From NCBI GenBank assembly GCA_964057225.1, contig OZ059895.1, forward strand, positions 17,794,001-17,858,000: 64,000 bases of DNA, given 5' to 3'. Positions 1-12,332 of this stretch are shown here, in pieces (within the stretch, counting starts at the first letter, position 1; the number at the start of each line of letters is the position of its first letter). Under the pieces are notes generated by a model. That model was not told the DNA's origin. It did not search any database and saw only the letters and a program-made list of their open reading frames with translations. The translations under genes and the position numbers were made by a program. The DNA is from Auanema rhodensis (taxonomy: Eukaryota; Animalia; Nematoda).

Positions 1-2251
1 TACTGTATTTTCAGAGTGAACATAACAGGGTAAGTTACATTTAAACTTCTCCAAACAAGATGTTGGATAATGTTGTCAGAATGAATCTAAAATCATAATA
101 TAAATTATGCAAAATATATTGAGCCTACAGGATTTCCTTCATATTTCCAAACAACATTATCTAAATCAGGCGATGCACAAAAGAAAGAGGCACCATAACT
201 GTTTGGAATTTCCTGAATTATTGAATTTTATGGCTAACAGCTGAAAAAAAATAAAATAACCTCCAGATGAAAAACGTAAACTTTCTCACTAAGCTCTTGC
301 TCTACTTTACTACGGAACCGATGGGTAAACTCACAATCAAACGCAGCCTTTTCAAAAACACTTATTTTTCCGCGATAAAGACAGGGCGTCTAAAAAAGGA
401 GAGACCATAATTAAAAATAGATATCAGCTAAATATACTTGTGTTGTTGTTTTATTAGCCCATCGTAAACGGTAAGCATGTCCTAACAATATAATTTCTCC
501 TGAAAATGACTAGATTCGAAGAACAAAATGCTATCAAACCTCCATCCTTGATTTCAAACTGAAAAATTCGAAGTCGAGCGAACATTCCATGAATTACAGC
601 ATAACAATTGAAATTAAATCCACTAGCAAGTTGCATTTGCAATGGTTCATATACATTTTCAACGGAAGGACCCAGACTATCGTGCATATGAGCACGTGGA
701 ATAAAAAATAAAAACTAAAATAAACTATTTTAAGACATAAATAAAAAGAAATTACTTCATAGCTCAAGTTGTCACTATATGAGATTGAAGCCATACGACA
801 ATTAGATTGAATACCATGACTTTTGATAAATATATCATCCGCAAAACATGGATTCCTTCCACCAGAACTTGCTCGAGTCCTAAATATAAGGTTAAAAAAA
901 TGATCGAAATGAAAAAGTACGCCTTACTTTGAAAACGTAGATCGCCTAAATCGTTTGGAGAGAAAGTATTCAGTAAATTCCAGGGGAAGTGTTTCCAAGT
1001 GAAATCTAGTAAAGCTTGTGAAAACCTTATCGCAGCAACTTCCATAGAGAAAAACGAATTCATTCGCATAAATACATATACATGCTTCACCAGCGATAAT
1101 CTGAGAATCAATTCAGAATTAGTAGCCGAAAAACTTAAAAGTAGAAACCACAGGATTGCAGGGGTCTTCATTTTTCAAAATGTTAAATCGATGCACACTT
1201 TTAGTGGTTGAAGCATTGGAATCAAAGTGTTGCAAATTACCACAAATAAAAACCTGAAACAAAAACTGAAAAAGAACAAAAGTAGAAATACTTACGGACT
1301 GGTGCGTAACGAAAACGGAAAAATGCTCTAATGCAACAAGATCAATTATCTTTCTTTTCTACAAAGATACAATAATGAAACTGTACAGATATAGATGTAC
1401 AAATTACTTCAGGGTTCGGGAATTTAATCAATGTTGGAGTGACAACAATTTGAGAAGAGCTGTACCCTAATTGGCCCTGAGCAGTTGATCCACACCCGTA
1501 AGCTTCACCCTCCTTATTGAGAAACAAGGAGTACTTATTAGCCATCGACATTTTCATAATCCAAAAGAGCCAAATTAAATGAAATAAATTTCAAAATACA
1601 CACTTCACCTGTATTGAAGTTCATTGTTTTAGGCTTTGTTGTTACTGCATCTGAGGGTATGCCCAAATTATAAAACTTATTGCCACCATATCCTACTAGA
1701 CGAAAGCCATATCCTAAAATAATATTTAAAAAAATATAATATTAGACAGACACCTCTCAAAAACTTTTTATACATAAATGTATTTTCAAGTATGAAATGC
1801 CGAGGGAATGTATCATCAATGGTTTGAAATCGAGTACAAAAAAGTGTAAGAATGGCAAAGGACTTTGAAGTTCTTAACTAAAAAATAAAAACTTTACATA
1901 CAAATAGAGAATAAACTCACTCTCTCAATAAATATCACTTTGAAAATGTTTGGATTCTTCCTATAACAATCAGCAACAGCATCAAGTGCGTCGAGAAACA
2001 AATCGCTCTCTTTAACACTCTGTATAATATAAACCCAACCATAGGAAAATACCAGAATCTAATAGAATTTTCAAATAGCCAACTATTAATGTAACTCTAG
2101 TATAAGTATCTTGTAAGCATCCCTGCTCCAGCAGTTCTTCCAAACAACGGAATATCACATAATCAGAATTTGGATTTTCCGCGATGGTGCTGTAGAAATC
2201 TAAGCAAACGGCCATATCAGGACATACGGCAATATGTCGATTTTTGGGCAT
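1..2251 (-). CDS. RCC1-repeat-containing protein, multi-exon, 3' end beyond the left window edge
   Basis: Manual splicing from ATG 2251 gives MPKNRH...DTYTR|ILVFSYGW...IFIER|LRTSKS...|GYGFRLVGYGGNKFYNLG...NTGE|IMKMSMANKYSLFLNKEGEAYGCGSTAQGQLG...FPNPE|KRKIIDLVALEHFSVFVTHQS|VFICGNL...|IIAGEACICI. SLFL-x-GE-x-YGCG-x4-GQLG is an RCC1 repeat signature. The intron at 1561-1603 lacks a canonical AG. Exons below ~500 were not resolved. Confidence 0.6.
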
Positions 2252-4032
2252 TGCTAAGGCTTTGTTATTTTCTGTTCACAACCATCAGATTCTTCCACCT
2301 GAAAGAAACCGAACCATTTTTAATAGTTTTTAAACATTATAGTAGCGAAAGAAGCTAATAGTGAAACATGTAGTTGATATTCATTGTAGACACAGTAAGA
2401 TATGAATTTTGAAATTCTCATAATTAACTGATTGAATAAAATAGTTAATTTCAATTATATACGACATTCACAAGACTAGTAATTAAGAAAATACCGACAA
2501 ATATTAGATAATGAAAATGATAATTTAGAAGAAACTGATAACTGATAACAAAAAATGTATAACATTTAGTCCTAAAAGTTTTTAGCTGCATCGGCTAATT
2601 CTACTTCAAAAAATAAAATAATTTTCATGTAATTGCATAATCAGCAGATCATTCTAATTATTTATAGTATTTTTTAGCTGAATTGTATTGTCTGCTCTAA
2701 CGCGAATTAAGTACTACTGTACCTTACTACTAGGTCTGAAAGCAGACCTTTATAATATTGTATTTTACTAATCTGTTAATAAAGTATAATTTTCAAATTT
2801 TTTGCGAAGCTTCAGTCTTTGATCATCAAAGAGAATTGCTTCTGCAATGCTTTTACAGTTATTTGTTGTTGTTTTATTTATTATTATGCACCAAGGTGGA
2901 ATAAATCTCTCAATCGAATGTGGACAATAACTTTATTTTATGAAATCGTCACACCATAGTAACCAATCACTTACACTTACGGACATAACCTTCTTTTAAC
3001 GTTTAGGTATCCGAAAATAGAAAAGAGACACATGTCATGGAGCTGATATCAGGATTTTTTTCTTTTTTAAAAGGGTATAATGTTTATACCCACGGCAGTC
3101 GAGAGATCTAACATTCTGTTTGTAAGAACTGCAGGAGCAGGAGGCCTACAAGATACTAGAGTTACATTAATAATTGGCAATCACAAGATCCTGGTATTTT
3201 AATAAGATTTGATTTATATTATACACTGTATTGAAGATAGCGATTTGTTTCTCAACACACTTGATGATGTTGTTCACTGTTATAGGAAGAATCCAAGCAT
3301 TTTCAAAGTGATCTACATTGTGAGAGTAAGTTTATTCTTTATTTGTATGTAAAGGTTTTATTTTTTAGCAGAGAACTTCGAACTCAGTAAATAACTATTA
3401 GTAAGTACTCCTTGTTTCTCAATAAGGAGGGTGAAACTTACGGATGTGGATCTACTGCTCAGGGCCAATTAGGGTACAGCTCTTCTCAAATTGTTGTTAC
3501 TCCAACATTGATTAAATTCCCGAACCCTGAAGTAATTTGTACATCTATATCTGTACAGTTTCATTATTGTATCTTTGTAGAAAAGAAAGATAATTGATCT
3601 TGTTGCATTAGAGCATTTTTCCGTTTTCGTTACGCACCAGTCCGTAAGTATTTCTACTTTTGTTCTTTTTCAGTTTTTGTTTCAGGTTTTTATTTGTGGT
3701 AATTTGCAACACTTTGATTCCAATGCTTCAACCACTAAAAGTGTGCATCGATTTAACATTTTGAAAAATGAAGACCCCTGCAATCCTGTGGTTTCTACTT
3801 TTAAGTTTTTCGGCTACTAATTCTGAATTGATTTTCAGATTATCGCTGGTGAAGCATGTATATGTATTTATGCGAATGAATTCATTTTTCTCTATGGAAG
3901 TTGCTGCGATAAGGTTTTCACAAGCTTTACTAGATTTCACTTGGAAACACTTCCCCTGGAATTTACTGAATACTTTCTTTCCAAACAATTTAGGCGATCT
4001 ACGTTTTCAAAGTAAGGCGTACTTTTTCATTT
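907..4032. repeat. Long inverted repeat: arms 907-1540/3399-4032 and ~1866-2140/~3112-3380, with a ~1 kb central spacer
   Basis: Direct reverse-complement comparison, e.g. aaatgaaaaagtacgccttac at 907 versus gtaaggcgtactttttcattt ending at 4032. Confidence 0.93.
3112..4032 (+). pseudogene. Inverted, internally deleted partial duplicate of the RCC1-repeat gene
   Basis: 3399-4032 is the near-identical reverse complement of 907-1540; the ORF track shows almost identical peptides on opposite strands. 3112-3380 is a more diverged copy of ~1866-2140. About 330 bp of exons are missing between the two blocks, and there is no recognisable start exon or 3' exons. Confidence 0.8.
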
Positions 4033-4303
4033 ATTCATTTATGCTGTGGTATTTGGTAGTTTTCTATATTTGTTTCTTTTGTTGATTGGTACTCATGATA
4101 TTAGGATTAGCTCTAATTTATTGTGTTTATACTTTCAATGTTACATTTTAAAAATAATTTGAATTTTTTTCTTTATACAATTAAGGTTGATGCCTTTCTC
4201 GTTATCTTTTTTGATTTAATCACTGTTTTTCTAATTTTACGATTATCTTTAGTTTTGATTTGAATGGTTACAAATCAGAGCTATTCAATCTATTGTCTGA
4301 GGT

Positions 4304-7300
4304 ATGAGTTTTCGTGGTCGACGTGATCGCCACTTGGCACTTCACGATAGTGATGGAAACGGGTAAGTATTTATTTTCTGTAATACTTGTTATCAACCTT
4401 TTATTTAGTTACAAAACAACTCCGTTCAGTCAGCCAATGCAATCTCTCAATACCGACTTCGATAAGTTTGTGAAAGATAAGTTAGAGCAATTCGATAGAT
4501 CGAATCAAGATAGTGAGTAATTATTGACGCAAGATTTAGCTAAATTCTTCAAATTTAGGCTTATCTTTTCCTTCCATGTCGAGAAATGAAAGGAAGAGAG
4601 TTCATGAACTTGCAAAGCGTTATGGACTCAATTCTCATAGTATAGGGTTTGTGTTTTTCTTATTTTCTTTTTCAGTTATTTTTTTAGCCGTGAGCCCACG
4701 AGGACATGTGTGATCAAAAGGAGGAGCCAAGTTCCTAATATTATTTCTGGCGATATGCCCTCCGACACTCAGCCAGTGTCTATATCTAAGGATGTTAAGT
4801 TCTTGGTTTGTTCTTACATTAGAAATATTTTATTTTATGCTGTATTTTTAGATAGCAAATATGATCAATAACCATCCTATTACTTCGCTAGAAATCCAAC
4901 ATCATCTCGCTACCTCATCACCCAAGGGTATATTTTCTTTGAAAAAAAGTTAATTGATTTTTCATTTGAGGCAAAACTTATAACTCAGTTGATGACATCT
5001 CTCATGGTCAACCTATGCTCATTCCCCCAAGATCTGACGGACTTCCTGATATTATGAGGCTGAGGTTTGTGAACGATATTTGAAATATACTCGATTTATC
5101 GTTACTTTAGAGAACAACTGCCAGCCTATAGACAAAGGAATGAAATATTAGAAGCTATTAACCGTAATCAAGTTGTGCTGATTACTGGAGGAACTGGGTG
5201 CGGTAAAACAACTCAGGTCCCCCAATTTATCCTTGACGATGCTTTCCAAAAGGAAAGACGAATACGAATTATATGTACCCAGCCACGACGTTTGCCTGCT
5301 ATTTCAGTAGCAGAGAGAGTTTCTAAAGAAAGAAATGAGAAAATAGGAACAACAGTAGGATATCATATTCGTTTGGAGCAGAAGTAAGGGATGCGGTTTA
5401 TTTCACTTATTTAATTCGTTTTTCACTGTATAGAGTTAGCGCATCAACTGTTCTTACGTACTGCACTAGTGGAGTTTTATTAAGAATGTTAACACAGGAT
5501 GATACTGCCAAAGATGTGTCTCATATTATATTGGTAATTTTTCATGATTTTTTTAAAGCCTTTTGACTTAATACTTTAGGACGAAATTCATGAACGTGAG
5601 CAGAACACTGACTATTTGTTGATAGCTTTGAAGCAAGCGTTGAAAAAGCGAAAAGATTTGAAGGTCATTCATCATGATTTAATGTCATAACTTATCTTTT
5701 TAGATAATTTTGATGTCCGCTACTATGGAAGGTAATTTGAAGATGTTTATGGGCTATTTTGGTGATAGAGTTAAAGTATTCCATATTGATAGTAAGCTAT
5801 TTCATGGATTTTAGTTTTAAACTGTTTTTCTAGTTCCTTCGCGTTTATTCCCTGTTGAAAAATTCTACCTCAATGATATTCTTGCCCTAACTGGCCATGT
5901 GCCGAAAGAAAGTATATTTAGTGGCCATTTTTCTATGAGTAATACGTAAGTTTGAATTAGTTTGTAAATTTTATATATATATATTTATAATTTTTTAGTT
6001 TTCCTACTATTGAAGAATGGGATAAACGTAATTGGAACGATTATGGAAACAACCTTCATAATGTTCCTATGGTCAGTCAATTGCTATTTCTTCTTTAACT
6101 TGCTGTTTCAGCCTAGCCAAAGTATGCAAAATTTCCAAATCGCCCATTCGCAATCCCAATCTAATCTCCATGCGACAATGAGTGCTAATAACTTGCATCA
6201 AAAATCACCCGTCCAACAAGTATTATACGAGAATATGGCTCATCAAATTGCTGGGTATAAACAAAGGTTTTCAGTTTTCCAACTTAGATTTTTTAGAACA
6301 CAGCATCAGACATCTGCCGTTTCTAATCCTGGTTATGCTGGACAGAATTTCAGCTTTCCTCCCCCACAACAGGGTCAATTCTCTCATCCTCCTCCTATGT
6401 TGAATCCTCAGGTTTATTATGGACAGGTATATATACAATGTTGGGCTTATATAATTTCAATTATTTTAGTCATTTGTCGGTGGTAATGGACATTATCCTC
6501 AACAACCTATTTTTAACAACTACTCGCAACCACCGCCGAATATGCCAGGATCAATGCCGCATTGTTTGTTTTTGTTTCTTTTTAAAGTTAAATGTTTTAT
6601 TCCAGCAGCTACTTGGGGTGGAGGTATGGATCAAGCTTCTCAAGTTTATTACCAAGAAGCAGATGTCATAGATATTCCCTGTGATCAAGTAGAGCCTGAG
6701 ACAATGAAAATGCTAGGAATTCCATATAAACAACAGCCGGATGCTTGTCCACCTATGAACGATCAGAATCCTAGTTGGCAGCATACGGTAAGCACTGTTC
6801 ATCTTATTTTTTAATTTTTCTCTCCAGCAGTCCTACCCGGTTATTAACAATAATGCTCAAATGGCTACTGGTATGCAAAGCTGGGACGGTAGATCTCATG
6901 TTATGTCTTCGCAAACGACTTTAGCCTACGAAGTATGTTAATTTTAATTTTTTTTTAGCATTTTCACTACTTTAGCCCAATCAGTACCAACCATCATGTA
7001 ATACTAGTCAGCCTGTATTTTATGTAGCGAATGATGATGCCAGTGGCCCAGGAAAAAGTATTCAGGTACAACATCAATCCTTTGTCCCTTTTCAAAATTT
7101 CTGTTATTTTATTATCTATTTTTTGTTTTAAGTACTTCCCTCCGTCAATGGATGGCTCTGTGGGGTATCCTATGCAACCTCCATACGATCAAACTTCTTC
7201 GTTTGGTGGGGATGAAGTTAATAACTACAAGGCTTCTTTGCAACGAGATCAGCAAATGATGAATTGGAAAAAGGGGTTAATAGTGAATGCTTTGCCTGGT

Positions 7301-10300
7301 AAACCTAAGTCGTTTCAACCTGATGTCAAATATCTTCTACATCGGGGTGAAATTGACAAGAAAAACTTGATAGAAGTAAGCTTGTACTATTTTCTGTTTG
7401 AAGTTCTTGATTTTCCAGCATTACATGGACTTAGGTGGTAGGCAATTCACTGATTCTATTGATCAGCATTTAATAGTTTCGGTTGTTCAATATTGCATGA
7501 ATAGTCCTATAGAAGGTAAGCCAATACCTTTTAAAATTCATAATTTTTTTTGTTTAGGTGCTATTCTCGTTTTCCTGCCAGGCTATGAAGATATTAATCA
7601 AGTGCGAGAGAAAATTCTTGAGTATCCCAGAGGTCATGGATACCAGCCTCAGATTTTCATTTTGCATTCGCAGATGAACAGTGCTGATCAACAACGAGTT
7701 TTCGAATCACCAGCTCCAGGAAGAAGAAAAATTGTATTTTCTTTTTGTTTCGAATTAATTTAACGCTTTTATGTTCAAGATTCTATCAACTAACATCGCT
7801 GAAGCTTCTTTAACAATCGATGATGTCGTTTTTGTTATCGATACTGGAAAAGTTAAAGAAAAGACATATGATCACACATCTCGAATTAGTCAGTTGAAAG
7901 TAGCTTGGATCGCTAAGAGTAACGCCGAGCAGAGAGCTGGTGAGCATAATTCTTCTACTTTCGTTTTTATTTAGTTTTGTAATCGTAGGTCGTGGAGGAC
8001 GATGTCGAGAAGGATATTGTTTTCGTCTATATAGTGCTCGAGATTACAACCAAATGTCTGTGACACAAAAGGCTGAAATGCAAAGAGCAGCTATTCATGT
8101 GGGTTGTTATTTTTTGTTTTTTATCGGTATTTTTACTATAGGATGTTTGTCTACATGCAAAAATGTTTGCTCCTGAAAACTTGACTGTTCGCGCATTCCT
8201 TCAACTTGCTCCTGAACCTCCTCCAATGGATGCTATTGATCACAGTATGCAGTTTTTAGAGGTAATTATTTGATTTTGAACTTTGCGTTAAACTTTTGCA
8301 AATTTTTTTACTATTCTTGTTCAGCAACTTGGAGCTTTATATTCTGAAGCCAGTACGAGTGACCCAAATTTATCGTATTCTATGCCTGAGCCTGAATTAA
8401 CAGATATGGGACGCTTGATAGCTCTTTTGCCTTTAGATCCTCAGCTAGGTTTTGCTTCTTTTCAAGCATATTTTTCTAATTTTTGTAATTTTCCAGCTCG
8501 TTTACTACTTTTTGGCGTTGCTTTACGATGCTTATCGTCTGTAGTAACTCTTGTTGCGGCGTTATCATATAGGGATCCATGTAAGTTTTACTCTTTCATC
8601 ACGATCACTAGTTGATATCGATTTAGTTGTTCTGCCAAGTTTGGAAGATAGAGAAAAAGCCAACCAATGTAGGGATATATTTGGCCAAAGGGATTTCTCT
8701 GACCATGTAGCACTATTAAGGTTTTGAAGTTTTCACTGTTATCTCCAAATTTGTTTTATTTTAGAGCTGTGAATGAGTATGACAATAAGGGACACAAGGA
8801 TCAAATTAATTTCTGCAAAAATAATTTTCTTTCGGTGAATGTTTTGAAAATGGTGATAGGAGTCCGACGGCAACTTCTGTATGAACTACGTAGGGCTAAA
8901 ATTATTCACGGAGAAGGTGATGTTACTCAACTTTTACACGATTCTTTCTATAATAGGTAGAGCAGATCACAATGTGATCAAATAAGATTTGATTTTCTTT
9001 TTAGATACTCAAATTGCTGGCCAATGGTTCAAGCTGCTGTTGTAGCTGGATGTTATCCTGGAATAGGATATGTAAAAAATGGTAACAAGCTGAAGAAAAT
9101 TCGAACAACGTAAGCATTTCTCTCCACTTTCTCTAATTATTTAGAAAATTTTCAGAAGTGATGGAAATGCTACATTGCATCCGTCATCTGTTATAAAAAG
9201 GCAACTTTCTACTGCAAAAAAATCCGTAGAAGTGTATCCTGAGCCTAATGTTGAATTTTTGGTTTTCCAAGAAATGGCAAAAATCGACGAAGGTTTAACT
9301 GTAAGAAACTTGTTTAATTTTAATTTAAAAAAATTTTTTTAGTTGCGAACTGTCACTGTTGTTCCTTCTTGTACTATTATACTATTTTCGGGAGCTATCA
9401 GATTAAAGAAAGTGGTTATCGACGATTTCAATATTAGTAAATTATATATATTCTAAATTGAAATATATGCATTTTGTTTCAGTTGATGATTGCGAAACTG
9501 TTGTGAATTCTGATGAAGCTTCGAAACCCTCTCTGGACGATGATGACCTGTGCCCAATGTATTGTTTGCAGTTAGATGAATGGATAGGTGTTCGGGGTCC
9601 TTATGAGGTATGTTCGTTTATGTAGCCGGAAATAACAAGTAGTTTTCAGGACTTGCAACGTTTGATGCAATTGAGGTTTAAAACTATGTCATATTTCTTA
9701 GAAGTTATGAGCAATCCTCGAGTGCTTACACATCCTACAATGGAGCATGAGGTAACCAACTATATCATATATTTTTTCTGTAAAATAAATTGTTTCTAGA
9801 AGTTGCTAGAGGTTGTTGCGTCAGTTCTCTCAGATGAACATGAACGCTGTGGATTTAACGCTGTCACGAACATAGCTCCTACACTATCTTACATTCTTCG
9901 TAATCCTTCACTTAACAGTAAGTTCCTGTTTTCTCTTATTGTAATAAACATTTCTATCCTTACAGTCAATGGTATGGTGAATACTGTTCGGTCTGCTCCT
10001 GTAAATGCTCCTAGTCAACCACCATCTCCACCGGTTTTGAAACATCTTATTTTTATAAGTCAACTTCTTTTCCAGAGCTGCGATAATTTACCTCCACCTC
10101 CAGCTCCGGTCTCATCTCAGACATCCGCAGCTGCCCCTGCTTCCACTCCAAACCTATCCTCTGCAACTATTGTTCCAACATCGGCTTCGTTTTCAGCTCA
10201 GACAGAGTGTCTTGCCCCATCAACATCAACAACCGCTCCAGCATCAGAGTCAACGATATCAAACGTTACGATGCCTCCAGGACCAAATTCGAATGCTAAG

Positions 10301-11454
10301 GCTCCTTCACCTCAGAATGCTCAAACTAATTCTGAAGTGATTCTGAACGAAAAGCTGAGCAAATTGTTCTTGAGCATTCAGGAGAAGGATGCAGCCCGAC
10401 AATCGCCTAATAAGATGCTGCAAGATTCTGGTTGTCAACCTAGTGGAAGTGGTAGGCCTTATAAGGCAAATAAAGGAAATGATGTCCGAGTATGTTTGTT
10501 ATAAATAATAAGTACTCTAAATTATATTTTCAGTCCATGATCTCCAATGATGTTCGAGTGGAACGGCAACGTTGCGGCTCTATAAATAACCAGAAAGATA
10601 ACTTGGAGAAGAGCAATATGCGATCTCATGATGGTTTGTTTTTTAAATTTTGATTTCTAATTTACAAATGATTTAAGAACCAAGATCCTCAAGATCAAAT
10701 AGGGATGAACATTTTGGACCTAAATCCACAGGAAGAAACCATTATGGTAGTTCAAGGAGGAACACTGGAAATCCTTCAAAGCGTTATAATAACGATTATC
10801 ATGGCAATTCCTATGGAGAAGGGAGAGGTGAAGCAAGAAAAGCGGTAATTCAATAATGCAACTATTTTTGTTATTGTTATTTACTTCAGCAGAATTGCGA
10901 CTCTGAGAACCGAGGGGATTGTCCATCAAGTAGTGGAAGGCAATATCAAAATACCGATAAGAGAGATCAATTAACGTGGCAGCAACAACAACAGTTTGAC
11001 ACTAATAAGTAAAAACATATTCCATATATGTTTGCTAATTTTTATTTTCAGTTCTAGAGCTTTTAATCAACGAAGATTCAATGCTCGCGATGAATGGTCA
11101 AAGGTCAGTTAATCCATTTCTAAGTTTCTAGCGTAGTTTTTTCAGGAAGGGTATTCAGATTATACCCAAAAACGGGGTCATGTTGGAATCGGTGGCACGA
11201 GAGCCAGAGGGTTTGTTACGTTCTTAGGAAGTTGTTTTTGAAATTTTTGTTTTAGTGGTCAAAGTAACGTAGCACATAGAGGTCAAAGAAGTAATGTAGA
11301 TCCGGGTGATTATGAGAGTACTAAGCCAAATCGTCGAGGAAGGACTGACAGGTATTTTTCGAATTACTTTTCAGATACATAACATTGTTTTAGTGCGAAG
11401 TTTCATCAAACTAAGACGTTTTATAACAGTAATGTTGCTAAGAATGGAAGCTAG
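4304..11454 (+). CDS. R3H-domain DExH-box RNA helicase, YTHDC2/Bgcn-like (no YTH domain seen), many short introns
   Basis: N-terminal R3H (FPSMSRNERKRVHELAKRYGLNSHSIG), motif I GGTGCGKTTQVPQ, Ia CTQPRR, II DEIHER, III MSAT, IV LVFLPG, V STNIAEASLTIDD, VI QRAGRGGR, HA2 region LTDMGRLIALLPLDPQL. ATG 4304; TAG 11452-11454 after an RG-containing low-complexity tail. Confidence 0.9.
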
Positions 11455-12332
11455 TTTTTGAATGGTTTCAGTTATTTTGTATTTATTTATTGCAGCTCAT
11501 AGAACTTGTTGTTATACTTGTTTTCGTTTGTAATTAATCGTCTGTTTTCAAATTCAATATGTTTATAGTTTTTTATTCCTCAATATATAATTGTGGTTTC
11601 TTTTCTATGATCTTTCCTTTGCTTTCACTCGTAATCAATTAAATTTAACCAAAAATTTGAAATAGTAGCTGTCATTTTGCACATGTATGAACCCTATCAC
11701 ACTCTCTCTGTCTCTCTCTATGTTTTTTCTCTTTATTTCTTTCTTCCGTTCTCTCTTTCGCTCTTTCTCTTCTTAATTTTCTCAGTCTTTGTCTGTTTCA
11801 TTTTTTCTTTTTTTTAATCATTATTGTAGTTTTGGATTTCTCATTCATTGCCCTTTCTTTCCGTTAAATATCCAATATATATATCCTCTCATATTAGCCA
11901 GGCTCCTGAGCCAGTTTCTCCTTTCCCGATTTAGTTTCATTCCTCAGTCGTTTTCCCGTGAGCACTTCCTGTGTATTTATTTTGAACTTGAGCGCTTTGC
12001 ATAGTCTGTTAATTGTTAACATAGATATATTTTCTTTCCACACTTCGATTAATATCCTCAATGTTACATAATCTATCTATTTTCTGGTATTATAATCTCC
12101 TGATGTTGTTTTATTTGCTTTTTGCGTAATTTTTTCCTTTTTCTATTTTTTTTCTAGATTACTCAAATTATTATCATCTTTCATGCTTATTCTTCAATTG
12201 AATGAGAATTTTATATTTAATTTGTTTCATTTTACCAACTTCTTAACTGGGCAAACGAAGTAGTTCCCTAGAATATTTTCAAAAGTTTTTTATTTTACCA
12301 AAAATGCTTGTATAATTGTTACAAGGAAATAC

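Noticed and set aside
1342-1344. Apparent premature TGA after ...VEKKDN in the RCC1 gene and its copy
   Set aside because: An intron after FPNPE (gtaatt...ttgtag) shifts to the open frame KRKIIDLVALEHFSVF, so the stop is not in the spliced frame.
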